Assembly: GCA_965223325.1 (NCBI GenBank)
Contig: CBDCWI010000002.1
Span: 1,280,001 to 1,344,000 of the forward strand
Length of the DNA stretch: 64,000 nt
From: Candidatus Multivoradales bacterium
GTDB lineage: Bacteria > Acidobacteriota > Thermoanaerobaculia > Multivoradales > Multivoraceae
Reading direction: 5' to 3'
A program made the translations under genes and the position numbers. Shown in pieces: positions 8,392-17,044 of this stretch; position 1 is the stretch's first letter, and each line of letters starts with the position of its first letter. The notes beneath the pieces are model-generated. The model worked only from the letters and a program-made list of their open reading frames with translations. It was not told the origin of the DNA and did not search any database.

Positions 8392-10044
8392 TCAGGGCCC
8401 GCTCGGAGCTGAGCCCTGTCCGTAGCGTTCCTGCATCTGACGACGGATCTGTTCCATCTGGTCTGTCGCACCCTGTTCGAACCAGGCGTGCTCGGGACGT
8501 GCAAGGAGGTCATTGATGACCTTCTCGGCCCGGGCCGCACCAGCGGCGTTGCCGTGCGAACGCCCATGGGCGACGAGCTCACGCGCCTGCGGGATGAGCT
8601 CCATGTAGAAGCGCTCGGCAACTTCATACATGCCGTGCCAATGGGTGTAGTCGGGAGCCATCATCGCAGCGCCATGGCGAGCGCGCCGGCCCTCGTGATG
8701 CCAGAGGTAGAACCAGGTCCACTCGATCTCTTCGTCGAATTGCGTGTCGGAGATCAGGCCGTTGCTGCGCAGCGCAGTCACAATGTCGCGACCGGGCTTG
8801 GCGAACTTCTCGTTGTAGAGAATCACCAGGTTGTCGTACTGCTTGTAGAAGCCCTCGATGTAGGAAGGCGTGTGGCAGTGCGAGCACACTTCCTTCATCC
8901 GATTGCGCTTCGAGGTCGCCGTATCGACGGTCAGCTTCTGGCGTTCGATCGGGTCTGTCTCCTTGACCAGGTGGCCGTTGATGTCGGTATCCATCACCAG
9001 CGACACCGGCGGGCGGTTGGTCCACGAAATGCGAGTCCCAGGATCGTGGGTCACCTCGCCGCCGTTGCGACTGTGGCCCGACATGTGGCAGGTGGCGCAG
9101 GTCGGCGCTTCAGAGTAGTCCTCGCCGAGGACCCAGTTCTCACCGTCGAGATCCATCTCATCCTTGAGATCGCGATAGGCGATCCCGTGTTTGGACTCTT
9201 CGAAGATCTCCTTCTGCGGATGATCTGGGCCGAGGTGACACTTGCCGCAGTTCTCAGGCTGCCGCGCACGCCGCGGCGAAAAGTCATGCCGGCTGTGACA
9301 TGCCGAGCAGGAACCGCGCGACCCGTCGAGGTTCAGGCGACCGATGCCCGTGTTGGGCCAGGTGCCTTGATGGAAAACTGGCCGGCCGTTGTCGGCCCGT
9401 TTGATACGCGCCACCGCGGCGGTGTTGGTTGGCTTTCCGTCCTCGTCCGGCTCGAGCTCATCGACCGTAATGCGACTTCCGTCGGCGGCCTCGAGCGCCA
9501 CCTTCGAACCGTGACACTGCTGGCAGCCGCTGAACGCCGAGGCACCGCCCTCGACCAACTCCATCGGGCGACCGGGGGTTGGCGAGTGAGGGTTGAAACT
9601 CCCGCGCGCACCCTCGACCGTTTCGGCGAGGAAGTTGTCGAGCGAGGCCAGGATGTTGCCGGCCGCCGCATGGTGACTGCTTTCGAACTGGTGCGCCTCT
9701 TCCTGGTGACACTGCCCGCAGTCGCGTGGTGTGACGACGGTCGCGATCAGGCTGCCGTAGTGCGAGTGCGCATCCGCCTCGCCCTCGTTGGCCTGATGGC
9801 AGTCATAGCACCCCACGCCACTGTGGGCGTGCTGGCTGCCTTCCCAGTGCTCGTTGATGCCGGGCGTGGTCTGACCATGGCAATCGACACACGACGCCGA
9901 TGAAGCCGGCACCGCGACTTTGACGGTCGTTACTCCGGCCTCTTCGGCCTTGCGGATGACTTCCATCCACTGCACGAAGACCAGCGACAGCAGGAAGACA
10001 GCCGCCAGGATGATGATGATCTTTCTTTTCTGATTCAGTGTCAT
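8392..10044 (-). CDS. octaheme cytochrome c, hydroxylamine oxidoreductase (HAO) family, with N-terminal membrane anchor
   Basis: Eight CxxCH motifs (CVDCH, CYDCH, CGQCH, CQQCH, CSACH, CGKCH, CATCH, CSHCH); HAO-type CSACHSRHDFS..ARQPENCGKCHLGPDHPQKEI and APDYTHWHG. Confidence 0.9.
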   Translation of the reverse strand: MTLNQKRKIIIILAAVFLLSLVFVQWMEVIRKAEEAGVTTVKVAVPASSASCVDCHGQTTPGINEHWEGSQHAHSGVGCYDCHQANEGEADAHSHYGSLIATVVTPRDCGQCHQEEAHQFESSHHAAAGNILASLDNFLAETVEGARGSFNPHSPTPGRPMELVEGGASAFSGCQQCHGSKVALEAADGSRITVDELEPDEDGKPTNTAAVARIKRADNGRPVFHQGTWPNTGIGRLNLDGSRGSCSACHSRHDFSPRRARQPENCGKCHLGPDHPQKEIFEESKHGIAYRDLKDEMDLDGENWVLGEDYSEAPTCATCHMSGHSRNGGEVTHDPGTRISWTNRPPVSLVMDTDINGHLVKETDPIERQKLTVDTATSKRNRMKEVCSHCHTPSYIEGFYKQYDNLVILYNEKFAKPGRDIVTALRSNGLISDTQFDEEIEWTWFYLWHHEGRRARHGAAMMAPDYTHWHGMYEVAERFYMELIPQARELVAHGRSHGNAAGAARAEKVINDLLARPEHAWFEQGATDQMEQIRRQMQERYGQGSAPSGP

Positions 10045-10060
10045 CAGGACTCCAAAAGGG

Positions 10061-11152
10061 TCAGTGGGCGACGGCTGCCTCCCAGATCGTCAGGATGGTG
10101 ATTGCGAACACGCCGACAATGCCAATCCAGACAGTCGCTTCTCGAAAACGTGTGTTCTTGCGGATCCAGGCGTCGATGAAGGGCCAGGTGAACATGACGA
10201 ACACGATGAAGCCCATCGACAGAATCGCAGCGGTTCCCGAGAACAGCTTCAACCAACGAAACGTCACATAGAAGAACCACTCGGGCTTGATCACGTCGGG
10301 GGTGACCAAGGGATCGGCCTTGGGGCCGAGGGTAGCCGGGAAAACAGTCGCCAGGAAAGACAAGAGGATCATCAGGGTGAGGCCGGCCATGACCTCGGAG
10401 AGCACGTGATCCGGGAAGAAGTTGAAGGTCTTCTTGGGCCTTTCTTTCTCGTCCTCGAACTCGAACTCGGTCACGCCCTGCAGCCGAATGATCGCAATGT
10501 GCACCACGATCAGCAGAATGAGGGTGATCGGAAGAACGGCGGCGTGGAGGACGTAGAAGCGCGGCAGAGTGTTGTCGTTGTAGACCTCTCCGCCGAGCAT
10601 GAAGTCGCGCATCAGGCCGCCAACGATCGGAACGTTGGCGGCGATATTGGCGCCGACCGTCGCACCCCAGAAGCTGAGCTGCTCGAACACCAGGCTGTAG
10701 CCGGTGAAGCCGAGCATCAACGACGTCAACAAGAGGCACATACCCACCATCCAGTTGAGCTCGCGCGGCTTTCTGAAGGCGCCAGTGAAATAGACCCGCA
10801 TCTGATGGAGCACGACCGCCGCAATCATCAGCGTCGCACCCCAGCGATGCAGGCTACGCAAGAACCACCCATACGACGCCTCGTTGGTGATGTAGAGCAC
10901 CGACTCGTAGGCGCTCTCTGGCGACGGCTTGTAGTAGAGCGCCAGCAGAATGCCGGTGACAATCTGCACCACGAACAGATAGGCCGGGGTGCCGCCGAGT
11001 GCGAACCACCACCGCTTGAGGTGGTTTGGGACCGGTTCATTGGTGAGCTCGCGCAGCTGCTCCATCGAGAAGGGCAGACGTTCCTGAATCCACTGGGCGG
11101 CGCGAGCTCCAGTCCTCCTGGTGAGCGAACGTTCGTGAGCCGGAGTCGTCAT
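10061..11152 (-). CDS. cytochrome b of a Rieske/cytb (bc-type) complex, fused b6 + subunit IV type
   Basis: GWFLRSLHRWGA, LHQMRVYF, FYVLHA...VVH heme ligands; Qo-site variant KPEWFFY. Confidence 0.92.
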   Translation of the reverse strand: MTTPAHERSLTRRTGARAAQWIQERLPFSMEQLRELTNEPVPNHLKRWWFALGGTPAYLFVVQIVTGILLALYYKPSPESAYESVLYITNEASYGWFLRSLHRWGATLMIAAVVLHQMRVYFTGAFRKPRELNWMVGMCLLLTSLMLGFTGYSLVFEQLSFWGATVGANIAANVPIVGGLMRDFMLGGEVYNDNTLPRFYVLHAAVLPITLILLIVVHIAIIRLQGVTEFEFEDEKERPKKTFNFFPDHVLSEVMAGLTLMILLSFLATVFPATLGPKADPLVTPDVIKPEWFFYVTFRWLKLFSGTAAILSMGFIVFVMFTWPFIDAWIRKNTRFREATVWIGIVGVFAITILTIWEAAVAH

Positions 11153-11162
11153 CTAACAGCCC

Positions 11163-11816
11163 CTAGGCGCTCTCGTCGTTGGCGGTCTGGTCGGCCACAG
11201 AGTGGGACGCCCGCTGCAGGTCCGGAAACAGGCACGGGTCATGACCAGGACCGATGGGGCAGGTCCCACGAAACACCTCGGGCGCTTCGATGGTGCCTTC
11301 GCCCGCCGCGACCTCGGCAGCTTCGAGCTCGATGAACAACAGGCCGTTCTCGACCTTGAGTGGGTAGGTCGGCAGGCTCTGTCCGGCTTCGGCCGGAGGA
11401 CCGCTAGTCGCCACCCCGGCAGGGTCGAACACGCCGTTGTGACACGGGCAAAAGAAGCGGTCGTTGGCAGCTTCCCAGTGCACCTGACAGCCGAGATGCG
11501 GGCAGGTAGACGACAGCGCAACCAACGAGTCGTCGCCCTCGCCCTGGCGGGCAATGTTGATCGTCGAGCCCAAAGGTGTACGGAAAACAATTGCCTCACC
11601 GGCAGCGATCCTCTCGGCGCCCGTGACGTACATCCAACGCGAGGTTTCGCCCGCCGCCGGATAGGCAAAGCGAGCCATGAAGACGGCCAGGGTGCCGTAG
11701 GCCGCCGCCAGTGCGCCGAACATCGAAACGCCAACTGCCCGGTGCAGAAAACCGCGGCGATCCTGCTCATCGGCCGGGTTGCTGGCCGGAAGGTGGTCAG
11801 AATGAGTGGTGTTCAC
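11163..11816 (-). CDS. Rieske [2Fe-2S] protein
   Basis: Tat-like DRRGFL plus TM helix; CPHLGC and CPCHNG boxes; GPP. Confidence 0.93.
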   Translation of the reverse strand: MNTTHSDHLPASNPADEQDRRGFLHRAVGVSMFGALAAAYGTLAVFMARFAYPAAGETSRWMYVTGAERIAAGEAIVFRTPLGSTINIARQGEGDDSLVALSSTCPHLGCQVHWEAANDRFFCPCHNGVFDPAGVATSGPPAEAGQSLPTYPLKVENGLLFIELEAAEVAAGEGTIEAPEVFRGTCPIGPGHDPCLFPDLQRASHSVADQTANDESA

Positions 11817-11883
11817 GCCGGGTGATCTCCCTGGACAGAAACGAAGAGGCGAGAGCGCAAAGGGGTCACAACAACGGGAATCA

Positions 11884-13533
11884 TCAGAAGGGCCTGAAGC
11901 CCGGCGAACCGAAGCGCTCCAGCGAGAAGAGGTGGTACATCGGATAGGCGTAGGCGATGATGATCAAAAGCACGGCCACTGCGGTCCACAAACCGAGGCG
12001 GTCCCACAGAAGCTCGCCACCGGTGACCTGCTCGGAGGCATGGAGCGGCCTGGCGAATTCGATCGAGGGCGGGTCGATATGTTTGCCCCAGATCATCGTC
12101 GCAGCGACCACGGCGATAAAGCACAGTGAGCTCACAAACAGCACCATGCCGCCGAGAGCCGAGAACATCGTCAGGTTCTCCCAGGCCTTCGAGGCCTCCG
12201 AGCCGGCGAAGTTCGAACTGTAGACCCGCCTCGGTTCACCGAGCAGCCCGGTGACGTGACTCGTCCAGGCGAACATCACCATGCCGAAGAACCACAGGTA
12301 GGGCTGAATCGTCGCGACCTCCCGCAGCATCAATGCGCGACCACTCAAACGCGGCAGGAGCCAGTACGAGGCACCCATGAACGAAAGCGCCACAGCAGTA
12401 CCAACGGTCAGATGAAAGTGCCCATGGATCCAGGCGGTGTTGTGCACCATCGTGTTCATGGCAAACGCCGCGTTGATCGCGCCGCCCCAACCACCGACGG
12501 CAAAGGTGATCATCGCCAGGGCGATGCACGCGAAGAACGGCTCGCGCCAGGGCAGCTTCCAGATCCAGTTGAACAAACCTGTAGCGCCGCGCAGGCGACC
12601 AGCGATCTCGAGCGAAGCGATGACTGTAAAGGCGGTGATCAGGCTCGGAAACAGGATCGCGTAGGTGGTCGCGGTATGGACCAGCTTCCACGACGCCGGA
12701 ATCCCCGGGTCGGTGAACTGATGGTGGAAGCCGACCGGAGTCGAGAACAGGATGAACATCACGAACACCACTCGGGCCAAGCGGTCACTGAACAAACGCC
12801 CCCCGGCGACCTCGGGCAGCACCGTGTACCAGAGCATGTAGGTCGGCAACAACCAGAAGTAGGTCAGCGGGTGACCGAACCACCAGAACCAGGTGCGCGC
12901 GACAATCGGATCGATGCGCTCGATCCACCCCAGAGACCAAGGTACCAGTTGACCAAGCACCTCGGCCGCAAGACCCGAGGTCGCCAGCAGCCAGATGATC
13001 ACCGAGGTGAGCATCGCGTGCATGGCAAGTGGCAGAGGCTCGACCTTGCCGCCGTTGCGGTTCTCGCGACGCCAGGCAAGCCAGGTGCGGATCATCACCA
13101 CGCACCAGATCCACGACCCAACGATCAGAAGGGTGGCGCCGATGTAGAACAGCGGGTGGGCCTGGAGCGGCGGATAGAACGTGTAGAGAACCGTCGCCTC
13201 GCCACTCAGAATCGTAAGAGCAGTAAGCAGTGAGCCAATCGTTGCCACCCAGAACGCACTCCACCCCATCGCCTCGCTCTCGAGCCGGCCGAGCGTCCGC
13301 CGAGCGATGACATAGCCGAGGCCCATGATGAAGAACGTCGTAAAAACCAGGGCCATCAAGACACCGTGCGCGGTCACCGAGACGTAGTAGACCTCGGGCG
13401 AACGAAACGCCACATCGAGGTCGGCACGCGAAAGCGACTGCATAACCGCCATCAAGGCGCCAATGCCAAAGGCTCCAATCGAGACGCCAAAGTTGGCGAG
13501 CGGCAGCTGATTGCGCCGCGTGGCTTCGTTCAT
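11884..13533 (-). CDS. cbaA: heme-copper oxidase subunit I, B-family (ba3/b(o/a)3 type)
   Basis: TAHGVLM, FWWFGHPLTYFWLLP, GFHHQF.DPGI, PSLITAFT, HNTAWIHGHFHL, PRR. Confidence 0.9.
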   Translation of the reverse strand: MNEATRRNQLPLANFGVSIGAFGIGALMAVMQSLSRADLDVAFRSPEVYYVSVTAHGVLMALVFTTFFIMGLGYVIARRTLGRLESEAMGWSAFWVATIGSLLTALTILSGEATVLYTFYPPLQAHPLFYIGATLLIVGSWIWCVVMIRTWLAWRRENRNGGKVEPLPLAMHAMLTSVIIWLLATSGLAAEVLGQLVPWSLGWIERIDPIVARTWFWWFGHPLTYFWLLPTYMLWYTVLPEVAGGRLFSDRLARVVFVMFILFSTPVGFHHQFTDPGIPASWKLVHTATTYAILFPSLITAFTVIASLEIAGRLRGATGLFNWIWKLPWREPFFACIALAMITFAVGGWGGAINAAFAMNTMVHNTAWIHGHFHLTVGTAVALSFMGASYWLLPRLSGRALMLREVATIQPYLWFFGMVMFAWTSHVTGLLGEPRRVYSSNFAGSEASKAWENLTMFSALGGMVLFVSSLCFIAVVAATMIWGKHIDPPSIEFARPLHASEQVTGGELLWDRLGLWTAVAVLLIIIAYAYPMYHLFSLERFGSPGFRPF

Positions 13534-14021
13534 GAACCAGCCCCCGCCGCTCCAGCCCCCAGCACAATCAGCTTGCCCTGCATCATGTGGTGAGAGAGGC
13601 CGCAGAACTCGTTACACACAATCAGGTACTCGCCGGGCTTCTCCAGTTCGACACTGAACTCGCTGACGTAGCCGGGCGTCACCGTGACATTGGCGTTGGT
13701 TCCAACAATCTGAAAACCGTGGATCACATCTGGGCTGGTGATGCGAAACCGCACCAGTCCGGGCGATACTCGAATCACCCCTGGCCTGAAGGCGAACATT
13801 TCGGCCACCGCGATGACCAGAGTCGAGCCGTCCGGCTGTTGCTCGACGCGAGGATCGGCGAACTCGGTCTCGGTTCGCACAAGAAGCGGATCAATGGTCT
13901 CGACGTGGCTCGGAGGCTCGACCGCGTGAAGAACAGCGGCAATACACACCGTCGCCAGGAACGACGCGATCATCAGGATCGAGAACCAGATCCACCAACG
14001 CTCATAGAGGTCGACCTTCAT
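13530..14021 (-). CDS. cbaB: heme-copper oxidase subunit II (CuA), ba3 type
   Basis: Single TM with YERWW, DVIHGF, CNEFCGLSHHMM CuA motif; 4-bp overlap with subunit I. Confidence 0.92.
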   Translation of the reverse strand: MKVDLYERWWIWFSILMIASFLATVCIAAVLHAVEPPSHVETIDPLLVRTETEFADPRVEQQPDGSTLVIAVAEMFAFRPGVIRVSPGLVRFRITSPDVIHGFQIVGTNANVTVTPGYVSEFSVELEKPGEYLIVCNEFCGLSHHMMQGKLIVLGAGAAGAGS

Positions 14022-14109
14022 CGCCCGCTCCAGGTGCACCTGGCCGCCAGGCCCCTAGCCACCCTGCCATGCAGAGCAGAAGGTCTATCGGTCATCGCAC
14101 GCGTTTCTC

Positions 14110-14277
14110 TCATTGAAGAGGTGCTCCGCGTTCGAGAAACACAAGGACATAGAGCCCAACCCACCCGAGGATGAAGAGCACTGCATAAACCACCATCACA
14201 GCGAGAGTCCCCTTCGGATGCTCAGGAAGGTCTTCAACACGGACGGTGTGTTCGGGGTGTGACTGCCGATCGTTCAT
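14110..14277 (-). CDS. cbaD: ba3-type oxidase small subunit IIa (55 aa)
   Basis: Manual translation MNDRQSHPEHTVRVEDLPEHPKGTLAVMVVYAVLFILGWVGLYVLVFLERGAPLQ has the PKG.LAV...W.G.Y..F..RG pattern of Thermus subunit IIa; too short to appear in the ORF track. Confidence 0.82.
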   Translation of the reverse strand: MNDRQSHPEHTVRVEDLPEHPKGTLAVMVVYAVLFILGWVGLYVLVFLERGAPLQ

Positions 14278-14679
14278 CTACAGGCCTCTTTGCAACCGGT
14301 CGCCTGATCTGCTACCAGCGTCAGAAGTTAGCGAGGAGCCACGGGCGACGACATACGTGAAAGCACGTAAAGAGATGGTGTGGAACAACAGGGGAAGGAG
14401 GGAAAGTCTGCGGGCGGCGCGAAGACTCTAACTGCTAGCTGACTCCGAACAAGAGATCGCGAGCCCGGGCAACAGCCAAGCCACCGTCCGAGCCCAGCGC
14501 CAAGACTGCATCACCAAAGAACCAATCCCGTCACAAAAGCGAGCTGCCGAAGGCACGAGCATGCCCCCACCCACCTAAGACTTTGCGGGACGTCGTCCGC
14601 CCGGCCTTCCTGCCCCATCCATTCCAACAACCGAGACCAAAACAACCGAAACAACCCGAGCAACCCGAGTCGTCAAGAA

Positions 14680-15378
14680 TCACAGAGAATCAAAAACCCC
14701 CCGCACATCGCCGAATCCAGCAGCCCGATCAGCCACCTCCTGCAAAGCGACCATCCGCTCCTCGAGCTCCAAGCGGCAGTGCTCGAACTCCGGCGAACGC
14801 ATGCGCGAAGGCACCTCCAGAGGCTCGCCGTACACCACTTCGACGCGCGCGAACGGCCAGGCCAAGAGAGTGCGGTCCCAGGTACGCGCGAGAATGCGCG
14901 CCGGGCGCGCCGAAACCGTGATCGGCACGATCAGACCACCAGTGCGCTGAGCCAGCGACACAATGCCGCCCTGGACCCGGCCGCGCGGCCCCCGCGAACC
15001 GTCGACCGCCAGGCAGGACCCCAGCTCCGGATCGGCACGAACGCGTCGAATCATGTCGACGATCGCCTGCAGACCGTCACGACCGGAGGAGCCCCGCACC
15101 ACCTCGAATCCCAGGCGCTCCTCGATCCTGGCCATCGCATCGCCGTCGAGACTCTTCGAACACATCGACAACCAGCGCCCGTTGCGGGCCCTGGCCATGA
15201 AGCACAGCAACATGAACGTTCGACCGTGCAGGAAGGCTCCCACGACCGGCCGGCCGGAAGCGCGCGCAGCGTCGAAATGTTCCCGACCAGTCTCGCGGTA
15301 ACGCCACGAACGATCGAGCAAGCGCAGGAGCGCCAGTGCCAGGATGGGCACCACCTGCCTCATCAACACCCGCTTCAT
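14680..15378 (-). CDS. DUF374 / lysophospholipid acyltransferase family protein
   Basis: FLHGR, SKSLDGD, VRGSS..G, AVDGSRGP, WDR.LL.WPF. Confidence 0.82.
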   Translation of the reverse strand: MKRVLMRQVVPILALALLRLLDRSWRYRETGREHFDAARASGRPVVGAFLHGRTFMLLCFMARARNGRWLSMCSKSLDGDAMARIEERLGFEVVRGSSGRDGLQAIVDMIRRVRADPELGSCLAVDGSRGPRGRVQGGIVSLAQRTGGLIVPITVSARPARILARTWDRTLLAWPFARVEVVYGEPLEVPSRMRSPEFEHCRLELEERMVALQEVADRAAGFGDVRGVFDSL

Positions 15379-15419
15379 CGGCAGGTCCTCTCAGGGAGAC
15401 TCAGCGGGCCGTAACAAGG

Positions 15420-15677
15420 CTAGGAGCCGTCGCTCTTGGTGCGCTGATCGAGAAACGTCACCAGGTCACCGATGGTCTTCATGCCCATCATTTCTTCGGC
15501 CTCGATCTCGACCCCGAACTCCTGCTCCAGATCGAAGATCAGATCGAGCACCGCCAGCGAGTCGAGACCGAAAGAATCGAAAGAGGTCACTTCGGTCACC
15601 GTGCTCCAGTCGACATCCTCGGTTGCCGATTCCTCCATGATCCGGCCGAGGCCGGCAATGATCCTCTCGCGCTCCAT
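15420..15677 (-). CDS. acyl carrier protein
   Basis: Acidic 85 aa protein with GLDSL phosphopantetheine site and LEQEFGVEI. Confidence 0.92.
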   Translation of the reverse strand: MERERIIAGLGRIMEESATEDVDWSTVTEVTSFDSFGLDSLAVLDLIFDLEQEFGVEIEAEEMMGMKTIGDLVTFLDQRTKSDGS

Positions 15678-15784
15678 GATCTCTCCTTGCTGTCGCCAAA
15701 CGGCGAAGGCTTACGTTTGCAGAGCGTAGCTGAAAGTCGACCGCGGCCTATCGGTCCGGAAACAGGCTCTTACTTACCAGGCCG

Positions 15785-17044
15785 TCAGTCGGCACGACCG
15801 AAGAGCAGAACTCCGTTTCCACCGCCAAAACCGAAACTGTTCTTCATCGCCACCCGGACTGGGAGCTCGGACGACTGGCCACCGACCAGCGGCACCTCGC
15901 AGGCGGGATCGGGGGACTCGAGGTTGAGATTCGGCGGCACCCGCCCTGCCTCGAGACCGAGGATCGTGGCGATGCCTTCGAGAACTCCCGAGGCACCCAG
16001 GGTGTGACCGAAGTACGACTTGTTGGCTCCCACGGGCGCATTGTCGGCGGCCGGCCCGAGTGCGGCGCGCACCGACTGAGCCTCGGTGACATCGTTAGCG
16101 GGCGTGCCGGTGCCATGCGCGTTGACGAATCCCACCTCGGCCGCATCGATCCGAGCGTCCTGGAGGGCGGCTCGAATCGCGCGCACCTGGCCAGCCTCAT
16201 CGGGCGCGGTCATGTGCGTGGCATCGGACGACTCACCGTAGCCGAGCACCCGCGCACGAACGGCGGCTCCGCGCGCTGCCGCAACCTCGGCCGCTTCGAG
16301 CAGCACCGCGCCGCCGCCCTCGCCGAGCAAAGTACCCTCGCGCGCGGAATCGAAAGGACGCACGGCGCGCTTTGGATCCGCGATCGGCGAGAGCACCCCG
16401 AGATTGTTCCAGACCCCGTAGTAGAACGGGTCGAGCCCAGCCTCGACGCCGCCGCAGAGCACCGCGTCGACATAGCCGTCGCGAATCATGCGCAACCCCT
16501 GACCGATGGCGTTGGTCGAAGAGGTGCACGCCGAGACGATCACCTGATTGGTGCCGCCCAGCCGGTGGTGAATCGACACCCCGGCCGAGATCGAGTTCGC
16601 CATGCACGCGGGAATCGTACTCGGGCGCATGCCCTTCGGCCCCTTCTCACCGAACCTCTTGTGCGACTCGTAAAGCGTCGTCGCAGCGCCGCTGCCACTG
16701 CCCCAGACGCTGGCAATCGGCAGAACCTCCGTACCCACGTTCTCTTCCGCCGGGTCGCGCCAACCGGCTTCGACCAGGGCCTGGCGTGCAACTTCGACGG
16801 CGTAGCGCAGGGTGCGGTCGGCGCGACGCAGTTTGCCCTTCTGCCGCTCATCGAGCGCGCTCAGGTCGACTTCGGCGGCGTTCTGCACCTTGTTGAGCGA
16901 CGCATCGAACACTGTGATCGGGCCAAGACCCGTCTCGCCACCAAGCAGATTGCTCCACACCGTATCGACATCGTTGCCGATCGCCGACACGATGCCCACC
17001 CCGGTCACCACCACCTCCCGCGCCACTAGGAACTCCTCATCCAC
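15785..17044 (-). CDS. fabF: beta-ketoacyl-ACP synthase II-like ketosynthase
   Basis: SACTSS (Cys), NAHGTGT, GHTLGASG, KNSFGFGG. Confidence 0.9.
   Translation of the reverse strand: MDEEFLVAREVVVTGVGIVSAIGNDVDTVWSNLLGGETGLGPITVFDASLNKVQNAAEVDLSALDERQKGKLRRADRTLRYAVEVARQALVEAGWRDPAEENVGTEVLPIASVWGSGSGAATTLYESHKRFGEKGPKGMRPSTIPACMANSISAGVSIHHRLGGTNQVIVSACTSSTNAIGQGLRMIRDGYVDAVLCGGVEAGLDPFYYGVWNNLGVLSPIADPKRAVRPFDSAREGTLLGEGGGAVLLEAAEVAAARGAAVRARVLGYGESSDATHMTAPDEAGQVRAIRAALQDARIDAAEVGFVNAHGTGTPANDVTEAQSVRAALGPAADNAPVGANKSYFGHTLGASGVLEGIATILGLEAGRVPPNLNLESPDPACEVPLVGGQSSELPVRVAMKNSFGFGGGNGVLLFGRAD

Noticed and set aside
8392-10044. Evidence for ammonia oxidation or anammox
   Set aside because: No amo, cycAB or hzs genes are in the window, and the sequence resembles reductive HAO-like proteins.
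6085-11335. Long plus-strand ORFs (6085-7308, 8488-9903, 10064-11335) and similar shadow ORFs across the window
   Set aside because: They are antisense shadows of well-supported genes, typical of high-GC DNA, and lack motifs.
11884-13533. Calling subunit I a nitric oxide reductase because of the nap/HAO context
   Set aside because: The cross-link Tyr, three CuB His and B-family proton-channel residues are retained, so it is best called an O2 reductase.
14290-14306. Sigma54 -24/-12-like AGGCGACCGGTTGCA on the minus strand upstream of cbaD
   Set aside because: GG-to-GC spacing is 9 nt rather than the required 10. No convincing FNR box was found either.
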